Below the pieces are notes generated by a model. The model did not search any database and had not been told where the DNA came from. It saw only the letters and a list, made by a program, of their open reading frames with translations. The position numbers and the translations under genes were made by a program. Shown here piece after piece: positions 9,376-18,267 of a stretch of 64,000 nt of DNA (within the stretch, counting starts at the first letter, position 1; the number at the start of each line of letters is the position of its first letter). This DNA comes from a bacterium (GTDB lineage Bacteria; UBA8248), in contig OY843592.1 in NCBI GenBank assembly GCA_963692865.2, forward strand, positions 1,056,001-1,120,000, in the 5' to 3' direction.

Positions 9376-10218
9376 ATGGCGGGCAAAATCATGTCCCTCA
9401 CCCAAGCGGCGGCCCTCGTGCAGGATGGCGATTTACTCGCCCTGGGCGGAAATGCGCTTACGAGAATCCCCGCCGCCTTCGTCCGCGAACTCGCCCGCGA
9501 GGGGCGGAAGAATTTAAGTCTGGTGAAAACGGCGGGGGCCTACGACGTCGATCTGCTCTGCGCGGCGGGGGCAGTGGCGCAGACGCAGACGGGCTACGTG
9601 GGTTTCGAGAACCTCTTCGGCCTGGCGCCTTCCTACCGCCGCGGCGTGGAGGAAGGCCGCGTGCAGGCGGTCGAGCACGCCTGCTCCACGGTCATCGCGG
9701 GTCTAAGAGCCTCTGCGTATGGCCTGCCCAGCCAGCCCGTGGCGGGTCTGGAGGGCAGCGACGTGGTTGGGCTTACGGGTTTCCGGCAGGTGAATGACCC
9801 CTACACGGGCGAGCCGGTCTTCATGGTTCCCAGGATCAGGCCCCGGTTCGCCGTTCTCCACGCAACGTATGCGGACGCGGAGGGAAACGCGCGGATAGAC
9901 GGCGGCGCGTTCGAGGACGTGCTGATGTCACGGGCGGCCGAGTCGGTGATTCTCACGGCGGAGCGCATCGAGGAGACCTCGTTTTTCGTCGAGAAACCGG
10001 ACAGAACGGCGGTTCCCGCCTTCATGGTGCAGGCGGTGGTTCACGCGCCGGGGGGCGCGCGGCCCGGAGGGTGTCATCCCTTCTACGACATCGACGAGGA
10101 CGCGGTGGGCGCGTATCTCGATTCAGCGATCAGCGCGGGATCCCTGCGATCTCATCTGGATTCCTGGGAGGAGCGCGATCATGCGGGCAGCGCGGCGGTC
10201 TCCGGGGGCGTCGCATGA
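9376..10218 (+). CDS. CoA-transferase family I subunit A (GctA/AibA-like)
   Basis: DGDLLALGG, R.P, GLRASAYGLP, HA..AD..GN and VVHAPGGARP motifs; ATG at 9376 after GAGGAGG. Confidence 0.85.
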   Translation: MAGKIMSLTQAAALVQDGDLLALGGNALTRIPAAFVRELAREGRKNLSLVKTAGAYDVDLLCAAGAVAQTQTGYVGFENLFGLAPSYRRGVEEGRVQAVEHACSTVIAGLRASAYGLPSQPVAGLEGSDVVGLTGFRQVNDPYTGEPVFMVPRIRPRFAVLHATYADAEGNARIDGGAFEDVLMSRAAESVILTAERIEETSFFVEKPDRTAVPAFMVQAVVHAPGGARPGGCHPFYDIDEDAVGAYLDSAISAGSLRSHLDSWEERDHAGSAAVSGGVA

Positions 10219-10967
10219 GCGTCGCCTTGCGAGAAGGCGCGTCCGAGGAGGTGCGCGCCGCCGCGGACAGGATGGCGGTTTTTCTCTCGAGATTCATTCG
10301 TGACGGCGAACTCGTGTTCCACGGCGTGGCCTCCCCGCTGCCGATGGCGGCGGTCGTCATGGCGCGGAATACCCATGCGCCGAACCTGACTTACCTGAAC
10401 ATACCGGGCGGCGTGGATCCAAAGCCCCCTTATCTTCCCGGCTCTACGGTGGCGCGGCAGCTCATGGAGGGCGCGCTTTCGTATTTCACCCTCACGGAAA
10501 TTTTCGATCTCTCCGCCCGGGGCAAGCTCGACCTGGCGTTTCTGGGCGGCGCGCAAATCGACGCAAGAGGCGAGGTGAACCTCTCCTTCATCGGGGATCC
10601 GGCTGCGCCCAAGGTGCGCCTTCCGGGCGGCGCGGGCAGCGCGCACATCCTGCCCACGGCGAAGCGCACGGTGCTCTGGAGAACGGTTCACGATGCGAGG
10701 AGCTTTCCCGAGCGATGCGACTTCGTGACGGCTTCGGGCAGCGTGGAGGCGGTGGTGACCCCCATGTGCGTTTTCGAAAAGGCGGAAGGCCGCCTGCGGG
10801 TCAAGTCGATTCACGAGGACGTGACGCCTGACGCCCTGCGCGCGGCCACGGGGTTCGACCTGGGCGATCTGGAACATACTCCCGTCACGCCCGAACCCAC
10901 CCCCGCCGAGCGCGCCGCACTCGAAGCCGCAGACCCCGAAGGCGTCCGCCTGCGCGAATTCATCTGA
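10215..10967 (+). CDS. CoA-transferase family I subunit B (GctB/AibB-like)
   Basis: GVASPLP, ARNTHAPNLTYL, FLGGAQID..G.VN and RLPGGAG motifs; ATGA overlap with subunit A. Confidence 0.85.
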   Translation: MSVALREGASEEVRAAADRMAVFLSRFIRDGELVFHGVASPLPMAAVVMARNTHAPNLTYLNIPGGVDPKPPYLPGSTVARQLMEGALSYFTLTEIFDLSARGKLDLAFLGGAQIDARGEVNLSFIGDPAAPKVRLPGGAGSAHILPTAKRTVLWRTVHDARSFPERCDFVTASGSVEAVVTPMCVFEKAEGRLRVKSIHEDVTPDALRAATGFDLGDLEHTPVTPEPTPAERAALEAADPEGVRLREFI

Positions 10968-10983
10968 AGCGGAAGCTCTTTTA

Positions 10984-11919
10984 ATGCCGCAGAAAAAATT
11001 CGACGCCGTGGGAATCGGCCTGAACTCGGCCGATCAGTTCTGCGTGGTGCGTGAATATCCGCAGGCCAATACCAAGAGCGGCGTCCTGGAGACGGCGCGC
11101 GCGGGCGGCGGGCAGGCGGCGACGGCCATGGCGGCGCTCGCGCGTCTGGGTATGCGCGCGGCCTACATCGGCGCGGTGGGCGATGACGAGCCGGGCGCGT
11201 TTTCCCTTGCGAGTCTGGAAGCCGAAGGCGTGAACGTGGAAGGCGTCGTTACGCAGGAAGGACGCGCGAGCCAGTTCGCCCTCATCATCGTGCAGCGCGA
11301 AGGCGAGGGGGAGGAGAAGGGTTCGCGGACGATCCTGTGGCGGCGCGAGGTATCCCTGGCTCCCGAAGACGTGCGCGGGGATATAGTGCGCGCGGGCCGC
11401 TCCCTCCACCTCGATGGCCACCACGTCGAGGCGGAAATCCGGGCCGCCAGATGGGCGCGTGAGGAGGGCGCGCCCGTCTTCCTGGACGCCGAGCGCGCGC
11501 CCGAGAGAATCGAGGATCTCATCGGCTTAACGGATTACCTGATTGCGGCGGAGGATTTTCCCGCACTGCTCACGGGCGTTTCCGGTCACCACGAAGCCTT
11601 GCGCCGGCTTCATGCGATGGGACCCAAGGTGGCGGGCGTCACTCTGGGAGCGCGCGGCGCGCTCGCATACGACGGTGCGCGGTTTTACGAATCACCGGGC
11701 TTTCATGTGGATGTTCTCGACACGACGGGAGCGGGGGATGCGTTTCATGGCGGGTTCCTCTACGGCGTATTGCGCAAGATGGGCCTTGAGGATACGTTGC
11801 GCTTCGCAAACGCGGTCGCCGCGATGAACTGCGCCGCCCTCGGGGGAAGGGCCGCGCTTCCCCGCCTGAGCGAGGTGGAAGCCTTTTTGCGGACGCATCG
11901 AGCAGGAAAAAATCCATGA
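10984..11919 (+). CDS. PfkB/ribokinase-family carbohydrate kinase
   Basis: GGGQAATA, GAVGDD and DTTGAGDAFHGGF signatures. Confidence 0.92.
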   Translation: MPQKKFDAVGIGLNSADQFCVVREYPQANTKSGVLETARAGGGQAATAMAALARLGMRAAYIGAVGDDEPGAFSLASLEAEGVNVEGVVTQEGRASQFALIIVQREGEGEEKGSRTILWRREVSLAPEDVRGDIVRAGRSLHLDGHHVEAEIRAARWAREEGAPVFLDAERAPERIEDLIGLTDYLIAAEDFPALLTGVSGHHEALRRLHAMGPKVAGVTLGARGALAYDGARFYESPGFHVDVLDTTGAGDAFHGGFLYGVLRKMGLEDTLRFANAVAAMNCAALGGRAALPRLSEVEAFLRTHRAGKNP

Positions 11920-13145
11920 AGCGCGTATTCGAAAAATCCCGCGCCGTTCTCACAGCGGTTTGTCTCTCCGTGATTTTGAGCGGTTGCGATCTGCTCCCCG
12001 AACTCGGCCCGCCGAAAGAATCCGTCTCCGGCGTTATCCGGATGAGCGCGAAGCTGCCCGTAAAGGCGTGGCGCACGCGCACGCTTTTCATCATCGTGGA
12101 ACGCGAGGACGGCGGGCCGCCGCTGGCCGTGCAGCGCCTGGTGGAAACGCGGTTTCCCTACCGATACGTGATCACGAAAGACGACGTGATGATGCGCGGG
12201 CAGAAGTTCGCGGGCCGCGTCCGCGTGCGCGCCCGCCTCGATGCGGACGGCGTTCCGGGGCCGCTCGTAAAAGGCGATTTCGAGGGCAGGGCGGCAGGCC
12301 CGGTTTCCGTGGGCGCGAAGAACGTGGACGTGGTGATCGACCGGATCGGAACCGCGCCTCCGCCGAAGATGGCGAAAAAATCTCCCCCAAAACCTGTACC
12401 GTCTCCTGAGGCAAAGCCATCGCCCGGGAGCGGCAGGACGATTCGCGGCGTGGTGCGCGTGGCCGCCAATCTCAAGGATAAGGCGAAGGGCAAGGCGGCG
12501 ATTTTCATCATCGCGCGCGGGAAACAGCCCGGGCCGCCGCTTGCGGTCATGCGCATCCTGAACCCGGTCTTCCCGCTCGATTTCACCATGAGCGAGCGAA
12601 ACGTGATGCTCCAGGGGGCGGCGTTCGCAGGCGAGGTCAGCCTCGTCGCCAAACTCGACGGGGACGGAAAGGTCGGGACGCAGCCGGGGGATATTTTCGG
12701 CGGCGCGCGCGGGCCGGTGCGGGTGGGCGCTGGAGACGTCGAGATCGTTCTTTCACAAGAAGCGAAGGGCGCAGCCGCGCAAAAGCCCGCGCCGACGCAA
12801 GGTGCTGAAGAGGTTATCTCGGGTGTCATCGAGGTCGCCCCCGCCTTGCGGGCGAAGGCCGAAGGCAAGCCCGTCTTGTTCCTTATCGCCCGCAAGGGCG
12901 GCGGAGGCCCCCCGCTGGCGGTCGTGCGCGTGGCGAATCCGAGGTTCCCGCTGGCGTTCGAGATATCGAGGCGGAACGTGATGATTCCCGGCGTTCCTTT
13001 CGAGGGCATGGTTACGCTCTCGGCGCGCCTCGACGCGGACGGCGCGGCGGGACCCGCGGGCGCAGGCGATCTGGAAGGCCGCACGGCTCAACCGGTAAGA
13101 GTAGGGCGGAAGAACGTGCGCATCGTGATCGACAAGGCGTTTTGA
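11916..13145 (+). CDS. Lipoprotein with three tandem CcmI/CycH C-terminal-like (Ig-like) domains
   Basis: Lipobox ILSGC; three ~105-aa repeats with G.I, LFIIAR, GPPLAV.R, FP..F, VM, ARLD.DG and GD..G, separated by Pro/Lys/Ala linkers. Confidence 0.7.
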   Translation: MKRVFEKSRAVLTAVCLSVILSGCDLLPELGPPKESVSGVIRMSAKLPVKAWRTRTLFIIVEREDGGPPLAVQRLVETRFPYRYVITKDDVMMRGQKFAGRVRVRARLDADGVPGPLVKGDFEGRAAGPVSVGAKNVDVVIDRIGTAPPPKMAKKSPPKPVPSPEAKPSPGSGRTIRGVVRVAANLKDKAKGKAAIFIIARGKQPGPPLAVMRILNPVFPLDFTMSERNVMLQGAAFAGEVSLVAKLDGDGKVGTQPGDIFGGARGPVRVGAGDVEIVLSQEAKGAAAQKPAPTQGAEEVISGVIEVAPALRAKAEGKPVLFLIARKGGGGPPLAVVRVANPRFPLAFEISRRNVMIPGVPFEGMVTLSARLDADGAAGPAGAGDLEGRTAQPVRVGRKNVRIVIDKAF

Positions 13146-13276
13146 CACCGCGAGGCCGCCCGCTCTGGCGCGGCGGCGGCAAAGTGTGCATAATCGCCCC
13201 TCGAAAAATTCCGAGAATCTATTTCTGCGCGAAATTAGATTTTTCCTCATTCACGTATCGATAAGGAGAAGTCCCG

Positions 13277-14293
13277 GTGATCATCGACCCCCATGCCCAC
13301 ATCGCTCCCGAGAGTTTCATCGAAGACGTACGCCAGGGCCGCTTCGGCGACGCCGTCACCATCGAAGCGGGCGACCCGTGGGAGCAACTCGTCACGAAAA
13401 ACACCGTCCTCGGCGAGGAGCGGATTCACAAGAACCCGCTGCCGAAGGAAACCTATGACGTCGAGATGCGCCTGAGCGACATGGCGAACAACCAGAACGT
13501 GGACATTCAGATACTCTCCGTCGTTCCGCCGATGACGCACTACGCGCTCGACGCAGGGCTGAACAGGGAACTCTCCGCATCGCTGAACGACGCGCTCACC
13601 GCGCTCGCGAAAGAACATCCCGAGCGCTTCCTGTGCATGGCGCAGATCCCGCTCCAGGACCCCGAAGCCGCGGCGGCAGAACTCGACCGCGCGGTGAAAA
13701 ACGGCCACCTGGGCTGTCAGATCGGATCGAACGTGGCGGGCAAGAACCTCGACGACCCCGCGCTCGACGCCGTCTGGGCGAAGGCGTGCGAGCACGACGT
13801 GCCGATCTTCATTCACCCGGTGGACGTCATGGGCGTGAACGACAGGCTCAAGGACTATTACCTGAGAAACTTCATCGGCAACCCGCTCGACACGACGATT
13901 TCCATCGCCTGTCTCATCTTCGGCGGCGTGTTCGACCGCTTCCCGGACATCAAGTTCCTGGTCTCGCACGTGGGCGGTTTCACGCCCTGGATCCGGGGCC
14001 GCTGGCAGCACGGCTACGGCGAGCGCAGGGAACCCAAGGTGCACGGCGCGAAGGACCCCGAGCAGTATTTCGGCAAGATTTACTACGACACCATCATCCA
14101 CAACGCGGATTCGTTCGAGTTCGCCGTGAAGACGCTCGGCGTGGACAGGATTCTCTACGGCACGGACTATCCCTTCGACATGGGCTATCTGGCCGGGGCG
14201 AAGGATATCCCCGGGCTTTCGCGCTTCTCCGACGAGGAGCAGGAACAGATGCTCTACGGGAACGTGAAGAAGCTCTACAAGCTGGACGTGTAG
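13277..14293 (+). CDS. Amidohydrolase-2 family protein (ACMS decarboxylase-like), paralog 1
   Basis: IDPHAH, FIHP, IFGGVFDRFP, SHVGG, YYDT and YGTDYP motifs. Confidence 0.9.
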   Translation: MIIDPHAHIAPESFIEDVRQGRFGDAVTIEAGDPWEQLVTKNTVLGEERIHKNPLPKETYDVEMRLSDMANNQNVDIQILSVVPPMTHYALDAGLNRELSASLNDALTALAKEHPERFLCMAQIPLQDPEAAAAELDRAVKNGHLGCQIGSNVAGKNLDDPALDAVWAKACEHDVPIFIHPVDVMGVNDRLKDYYLRNFIGNPLDTTISIACLIFGGVFDRFPDIKFLVSHVGGFTPWIRGRWQHGYGERREPKVHGAKDPEQYFGKIYYDTIIHNADSFEFAVKTLGVDRILYGTDYPFDMGYLAGAKDIPGLSRFSDEEQEQMLYGNVKKLYKLDV

Positions 14294-14379
14294 AACCTAC
14301 GGCGTCGAAAGAGACCCGGAGAACATGCGGAGAGGGTCCCCGGGAGGGCCTCTTCCCTTCATAAGAGATAGAGAAGAAG

Positions 14380-15396
14380 ATGACAGCCATCGATCCCCAC
14401 ACCCATATCTATCCCGGGCAGTTCATCGCGGACGTGCGCGCGGGCCGCTTCGGCCGCACGGCGTCGATAGAGGCCGATGCGCACGGCGAGTGGCTCATCA
14501 CGCGGGGAAAGGTGCTCGGGCGCGACTCGGAACTCAGGAACAAGCTCACGCCCCTTTATTATGAGTTGGAACCGCGCTTCGCCGACATGGAGCGCATGGG
14601 CGTCGCGCACCAGGTGCTCTCCATCGGCCCCGCCATGACGCTCTATACATTGGAGGCGGAAGCGAACAGGGAACTGGCCGCCTCGCTGAACGACGGCCTC
14701 ACGGCGCTGGCCGGGGAGTATCCCGATAGGTTCTCCTGCATGGCCACCGTTCCCCTCCAGGCGCCCGAAGCCGCTGCGGCGGAACTCGAACGAGCGAGCG
14801 CGAACGGCCACTTAGGCGTGATGATCGCCTCGAACGTGGCGGGGAAGAACCTCGACGACCCCGGTCTGGACGTCTTCTGGGCGAAGGCCGAAGCGCTCGA
14901 TATGCCCGTGTTCGTGCATCCCACGAACGTGCTGGGCGGGGACGACCGCTTAAAGGATTTCTACCTGAGGAACTTCATCGGAAACCCGCTCGACACCACG
15001 GTTGCGGTGGCGTGCCTGATATTCGGCGGCGTGATGGACAGGTTCCCGGGGCTTCGCTTCTATCTCTCCCACGTGGGCGGTTTCACGCCCTGGATCCGGG
15101 GCCGCTGGCAGCACGGCTACGGCGAGCGCAGAGAACCCAAGGTGCACGGCGCGAAGGATCCCGAGCAGTATTTCGGCCGCTTCTATTACGACACCATCAT
15201 CCACAACGCGGAGTGCTTCGAGTTCGCCGCGAAGACGCTCGGGGCGGAGCGGATTCTCTACGGCACGGACTATCCGGCGGACATGGGCTACCACCAGCCC
15301 GCGCGGGACATACCGGGCTTGAGCCGCCTCCCGGAAGCGGCGCAGGAGATGATTCTCACGACCAACGCCAGGCGCGTCTACGGACTTGCGGTATAG
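14380..15396 (+). CDS. Amidohydrolase-2 family protein (ACMS decarboxylase-like), paralog 2
   Basis: IDPHTH, FVHP, SHVGG and YGTDYP motifs; clearly homologous to the upstream gene. Confidence 0.9.
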   Translation: MTAIDPHTHIYPGQFIADVRAGRFGRTASIEADAHGEWLITRGKVLGRDSELRNKLTPLYYELEPRFADMERMGVAHQVLSIGPAMTLYTLEAEANRELAASLNDGLTALAGEYPDRFSCMATVPLQAPEAAAAELERASANGHLGVMIASNVAGKNLDDPGLDVFWAKAEALDMPVFVHPTNVLGGDDRLKDFYLRNFIGNPLDTTVAVACLIFGGVMDRFPGLRFYLSHVGGFTPWIRGRWQHGYGERREPKVHGAKDPEQYFGRFYYDTIIHNAECFEFAAKTLGAERILYGTDYPADMGYHQPARDIPGLSRLPEAAQEMILTTNARRVYGLAV

Positions 15397-15400
15397 GGGC

Positions 15401-15428
15401 TGGACAAAGAGTCTTCTCGGTGTAAAAT
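15401..15428 (+). promoter_or_regulatory. Candidate sigma70 promoter for the nitrile hydratase-like pair
   Basis: TGGACA-N16-TAAAAT about 50 bp upstream of the ATG at 15479. Confidence 0.45.
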
Positions 15429-15478
15429 TCAAACAGTATTCCAGTTTCGGTCGATTCAACTGCAAAGGGGACGTTCCG

Positions 15479-15766
15479 ATGGAGGAAACCACCTTCCGCG
15501 TGGGCGACAGGGTGCGCATCAAGGAGATGTACCCCGACGGCCACCACCGGACGACGTATTTCGTCAAGGGGAAGACCGGCTCGATCAACCGCTATTTCGG
15601 CAAATACAAGAATCCTGAGAATCTCGCCTACGGCGGCGACGGCATGCCGCTCCGGGAGCTCTACTGGGTGGAGTTCGACATCAACGATCTCTGGGATCAC
15701 GAGGCGGGGAAAAAGCAGGACAAACTCTATATCGAGATTTACGAACATTGGCTGGAGCCGGCTTAA
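15479..15766 (+). CDS. Stand-alone nitrile hydratase beta C-terminal (SH3-like) domain / thiocyanate hydrolase alpha-like subunit
   Basis: FRVGDRVRI, GHHRT..FVKGKTG.I, PE.LAYG, LY.VEF...DLW and IEIYEHWLEP motifs. Confidence 0.85.
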   Translation: MEETTFRVGDRVRIKEMYPDGHHRTTYFVKGKTGSINRYFGKYKNPENLAYGGDGMPLRELYWVEFDINDLWDHEAGKKQDKLYIEIYEHWLEPA

Positions 15767-15805
15767 GCTGAAACCGCCGGCTTCCCCGTGAGCGAGGAGC
15801 ACACC

Positions 15806-16570
15806 ATGGCGCACTCACACGATCATCACAACGGCGGACACGTTCACCACCACGGCGCCCATCCCCACACCTACAGCCAGGACCCTGGGGCGCACAACGC
15901 GCGGATGCAGTCCGACGACGCCTACCGCGAAGGAGCCGTGGCCCAGGTCGAGCACGATCTGGATTACTATCAGGTGCGCGTTATGGCTCTGTTGGGCATC
16001 CTCCGCGAGAAGGGCATCCTCACGACCGATGAGATGCGGCGCGCGGTGGAGGAGATTTACGGCCAGAGCCCCGCCATCGGTTCGCGCATCATCGCGCGCG
16101 CCTGGGTGGATGAGGGCTTCAAGGAAAGACTCCTGGCGGACGCGGACGCCGCCTGCGCCGAGATGGGCGTCGACACGACGGGCATCAACCGCGTGGTGGC
16201 TCTCGAGAATACCGAGGCGACCCGCTACATGGTGGTGTGCACGCTGTGCTCGTGCTACCCGAGGCAAATCCTCGGGCAGCCCCCCACCTGGTACAAGAGC
16301 TTCCCCTACCGCTCGAAGGCCGTGACGGATCCGAGAGGGACGCTCAAGGACATGGGCTTCGATGCGCCCGATGACGTGGAGCTCATCGTCATCGACTCGA
16401 ACGCGGATTGCCGCTATCTCATTATCCCGCAGCGTCCGGCGGGAACCGAGGACTGGACGGAGGCGCAGCTCTTCCAGCTCGTGACGCGCGATTCGATGAT
16501 CGGCGTGGGCGACCCCCTGACGCCCGAGCAGCTCGAAGAAGCCGTGCAGGCGTCGGAGCAGGCCACCTGA
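15806..16570 (+). CDS. Cobalt-type nitrile hydratase alpha / thiocyanate hydrolase gamma-like subunit
   Basis: VVCTLCSCYP metal-binding motif, ARAWVD, WYKS..YR and LVTRDSMIG; His-rich N-terminus; ATG at 15806 after GAGGAG. Confidence 0.92.
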   Translation: MAHSHDHHNGGHVHHHGAHPHTYSQDPGAHNARMQSDDAYREGAVAQVEHDLDYYQVRVMALLGILREKGILTTDEMRRAVEEIYGQSPAIGSRIIARAWVDEGFKERLLADADAACAEMGVDTTGINRVVALENTEATRYMVVCTLCSCYPRQILGQPPTWYKSFPYRSKAVTDPRGTLKDMGFDAPDDVELIVIDSNADCRYLIIPQRPAGTEDWTEAQLFQLVTRDSMIGVGDPLTPEQLEEAVQASEQAT

Positions 16571-16590
16571 TAACGGGCTGATCTTTACGT

Positions 16591-16627
16591 GCGGCGGGGG
16601 TGTGGAATCCCCCGCCGCTTTTCTTTT
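16591..16627 (+). terminator. Intrinsic terminator
   Basis: GCGGCGGGGG-loop-CCCCCGCCGC followed by TTTTCTTTT. Confidence 0.8.
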
Positions 16628-16642
16628 CGGGATGGAGAGCGA

Positions 16643-18046
16643 ATGGCCTCGCCTCACGTCATTGCCATTCAGTTCGACGGCCTGCGCGCCGACGCCCTGA
16701 GCGAGCAGCGCACGCCGAATCTCCTCGCCGCGGCGGGGCGCGGCGCGTGGTTCCGGAATCACCGCAGCGCGTTTCCCACCTCGACCAGGGTTTGCGTCTC
16801 GAGCCTCGCCACGGGCGTCTACCCCAATAAGCACGGCCTGCCGGGCAATTCGCTCTTCTCGCGCGAGTTGGGCGAAACCATCACCACAGGGCGGCATGAG
16901 AACCTCCTCGCCTGGGAACGCGCCACGGGCGGGCGTCTGCTCTTGCGGGACACCTTCTTCGAGAGGGTCGGAGGCGGCGTCATCATCAGCGCGGCGTCGA
17001 GCGGCTCCGCCTGGCTCTGGAACGCGGGCCGCGCGGCGCGCCTGATTCATCCCGTCGCGGCGTATCCCGAGGAGGGGCGAGCAACGATTGAAGAGGTCAA
17101 GGAAATCCCCCCTGCCGGGGAACCCGATCTGGATCGCTGCGCGTGGGCGCTCGACCTGGCGCTCGATTACGTGATCCCCGAACTCGCGCCCCAAGTGCTC
17201 GTGGTTCACCTGAGCGAGCCGGACAGCACGCAGCATCACCGGGGCGCCGCAGGAGCGGTTCACCGCCAGGCATTGGAGGGAGTAGACCGGTTGTTCGGCG
17301 CGTTCTGGGAGCGGTTTCAGTCGGAGCGCGATGATTGGCCGCAGACGAACCTTCTCCTGTTCTCGGACCACGGAGTCGTTGCGACGGCGGGCATGATCGA
17401 CCTGGAAGCGGAACTGGCGGAACTTCCGGGTCGCGGGGAGAGTTGGCAGGTGGCGCACAGCGAGGGCGCCGCTCTCTTTTACGCGCAGTCGGGAAAAACA
17501 CTTCTGGAGCTTGTAGCGTTCTTGCGGACGAAGAACTGGGCGGGTCCGCTATTCTCTAAAGATGGGAAAGGTGGCGCGTTGCCGGGCGCGATGTCGTTAG
17601 AACTGGCGGGCTGCGGCGGGCACCGCGCGCCGGATTTGCTCATGGGCTTTCAGTGGGGCGATGGGTTCTTGCGGGGCGAGGACCGCCCGGGCGCGCTCCC
17701 CGGCTGGGGGTATTCATCCGTCAACAACAAGGGAAGCGGCGGAACGCACGGCTCGTGCAGTCCGTATGAACTGCGCAATTTCCTGATTGGCGCAGGCCCC
17801 GCTTTTCCGTCGGGCGCGCGGGTGGACGCGCCGACGGGCAACGTCGACTTGGCCCCCACCATCCTCTCCCTGATGGGGAAAGAAATTCCCGGCGGTCTGG
17901 ATGGAGAGACGCTCACGAAAGTGTCCCGAGCGAGAGGGGAAGAGCGGCTCTACCGGGTGGAGTCGAAAGAATTCTCGCAGACGCTCTCGCGCATCGAGGT
18001 GGACGGGCGATTCTATCTCAACTACGCAAAGCTGGAGAAGGTGTAA
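16643..18046 (+). CDS. Alkaline phosphatase superfamily (nucleotide pyrophosphatase/phosphodiesterase-like) protein
   Basis: FDGLRAD, FPTST, TG.YP.KHG..GN, EPD..QH, SDHG, THG and VDLAPT motifs. Confidence 0.88.
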   Translation: MASPHVIAIQFDGLRADALSEQRTPNLLAAAGRGAWFRNHRSAFPTSTRVCVSSLATGVYPNKHGLPGNSLFSRELGETITTGRHENLLAWERATGGRLLLRDTFFERVGGGVIISAASSGSAWLWNAGRAARLIHPVAAYPEEGRATIEEVKEIPPAGEPDLDRCAWALDLALDYVIPELAPQVLVVHLSEPDSTQHHRGAAGAVHRQALEGVDRLFGAFWERFQSERDDWPQTNLLLFSDHGVVATAGMIDLEAELAELPGRGESWQVAHSEGAALFYAQSGKTLLELVAFLRTKNWAGPLFSKDGKGGALPGAMSLELAGCGGHRAPDLLMGFQWGDGFLRGEDRPGALPGWGYSSVNNKGSGGTHGSCSPYELRNFLIGAGPAFPSGARVDAPTGNVDLAPTILSLMGKEIPGGLDGETLTKVSRARGEERLYRVESKEFSQTLSRIEVDGRFYLNYAKLEKV

Positions 18047-18267
18047 TTTTTTGGGATGATGCAAGCTAGGACACAGGAGGCTTGACATGAATCGTAGGCG
18101 TGGCACCATTTGAAAACCAACCTTAAAGGCATGTCGAACATGAATATCCATCGAGACCATGGCGTCAGCCTAAAATATACTTGGCGGGAAATTTCAAAAG
18201 AAAATAAATCTTGCTTGTATGGGCGACCAAGTAGTGTGTTCCACTGTTTTCAAGTTTGGGTGTACTT

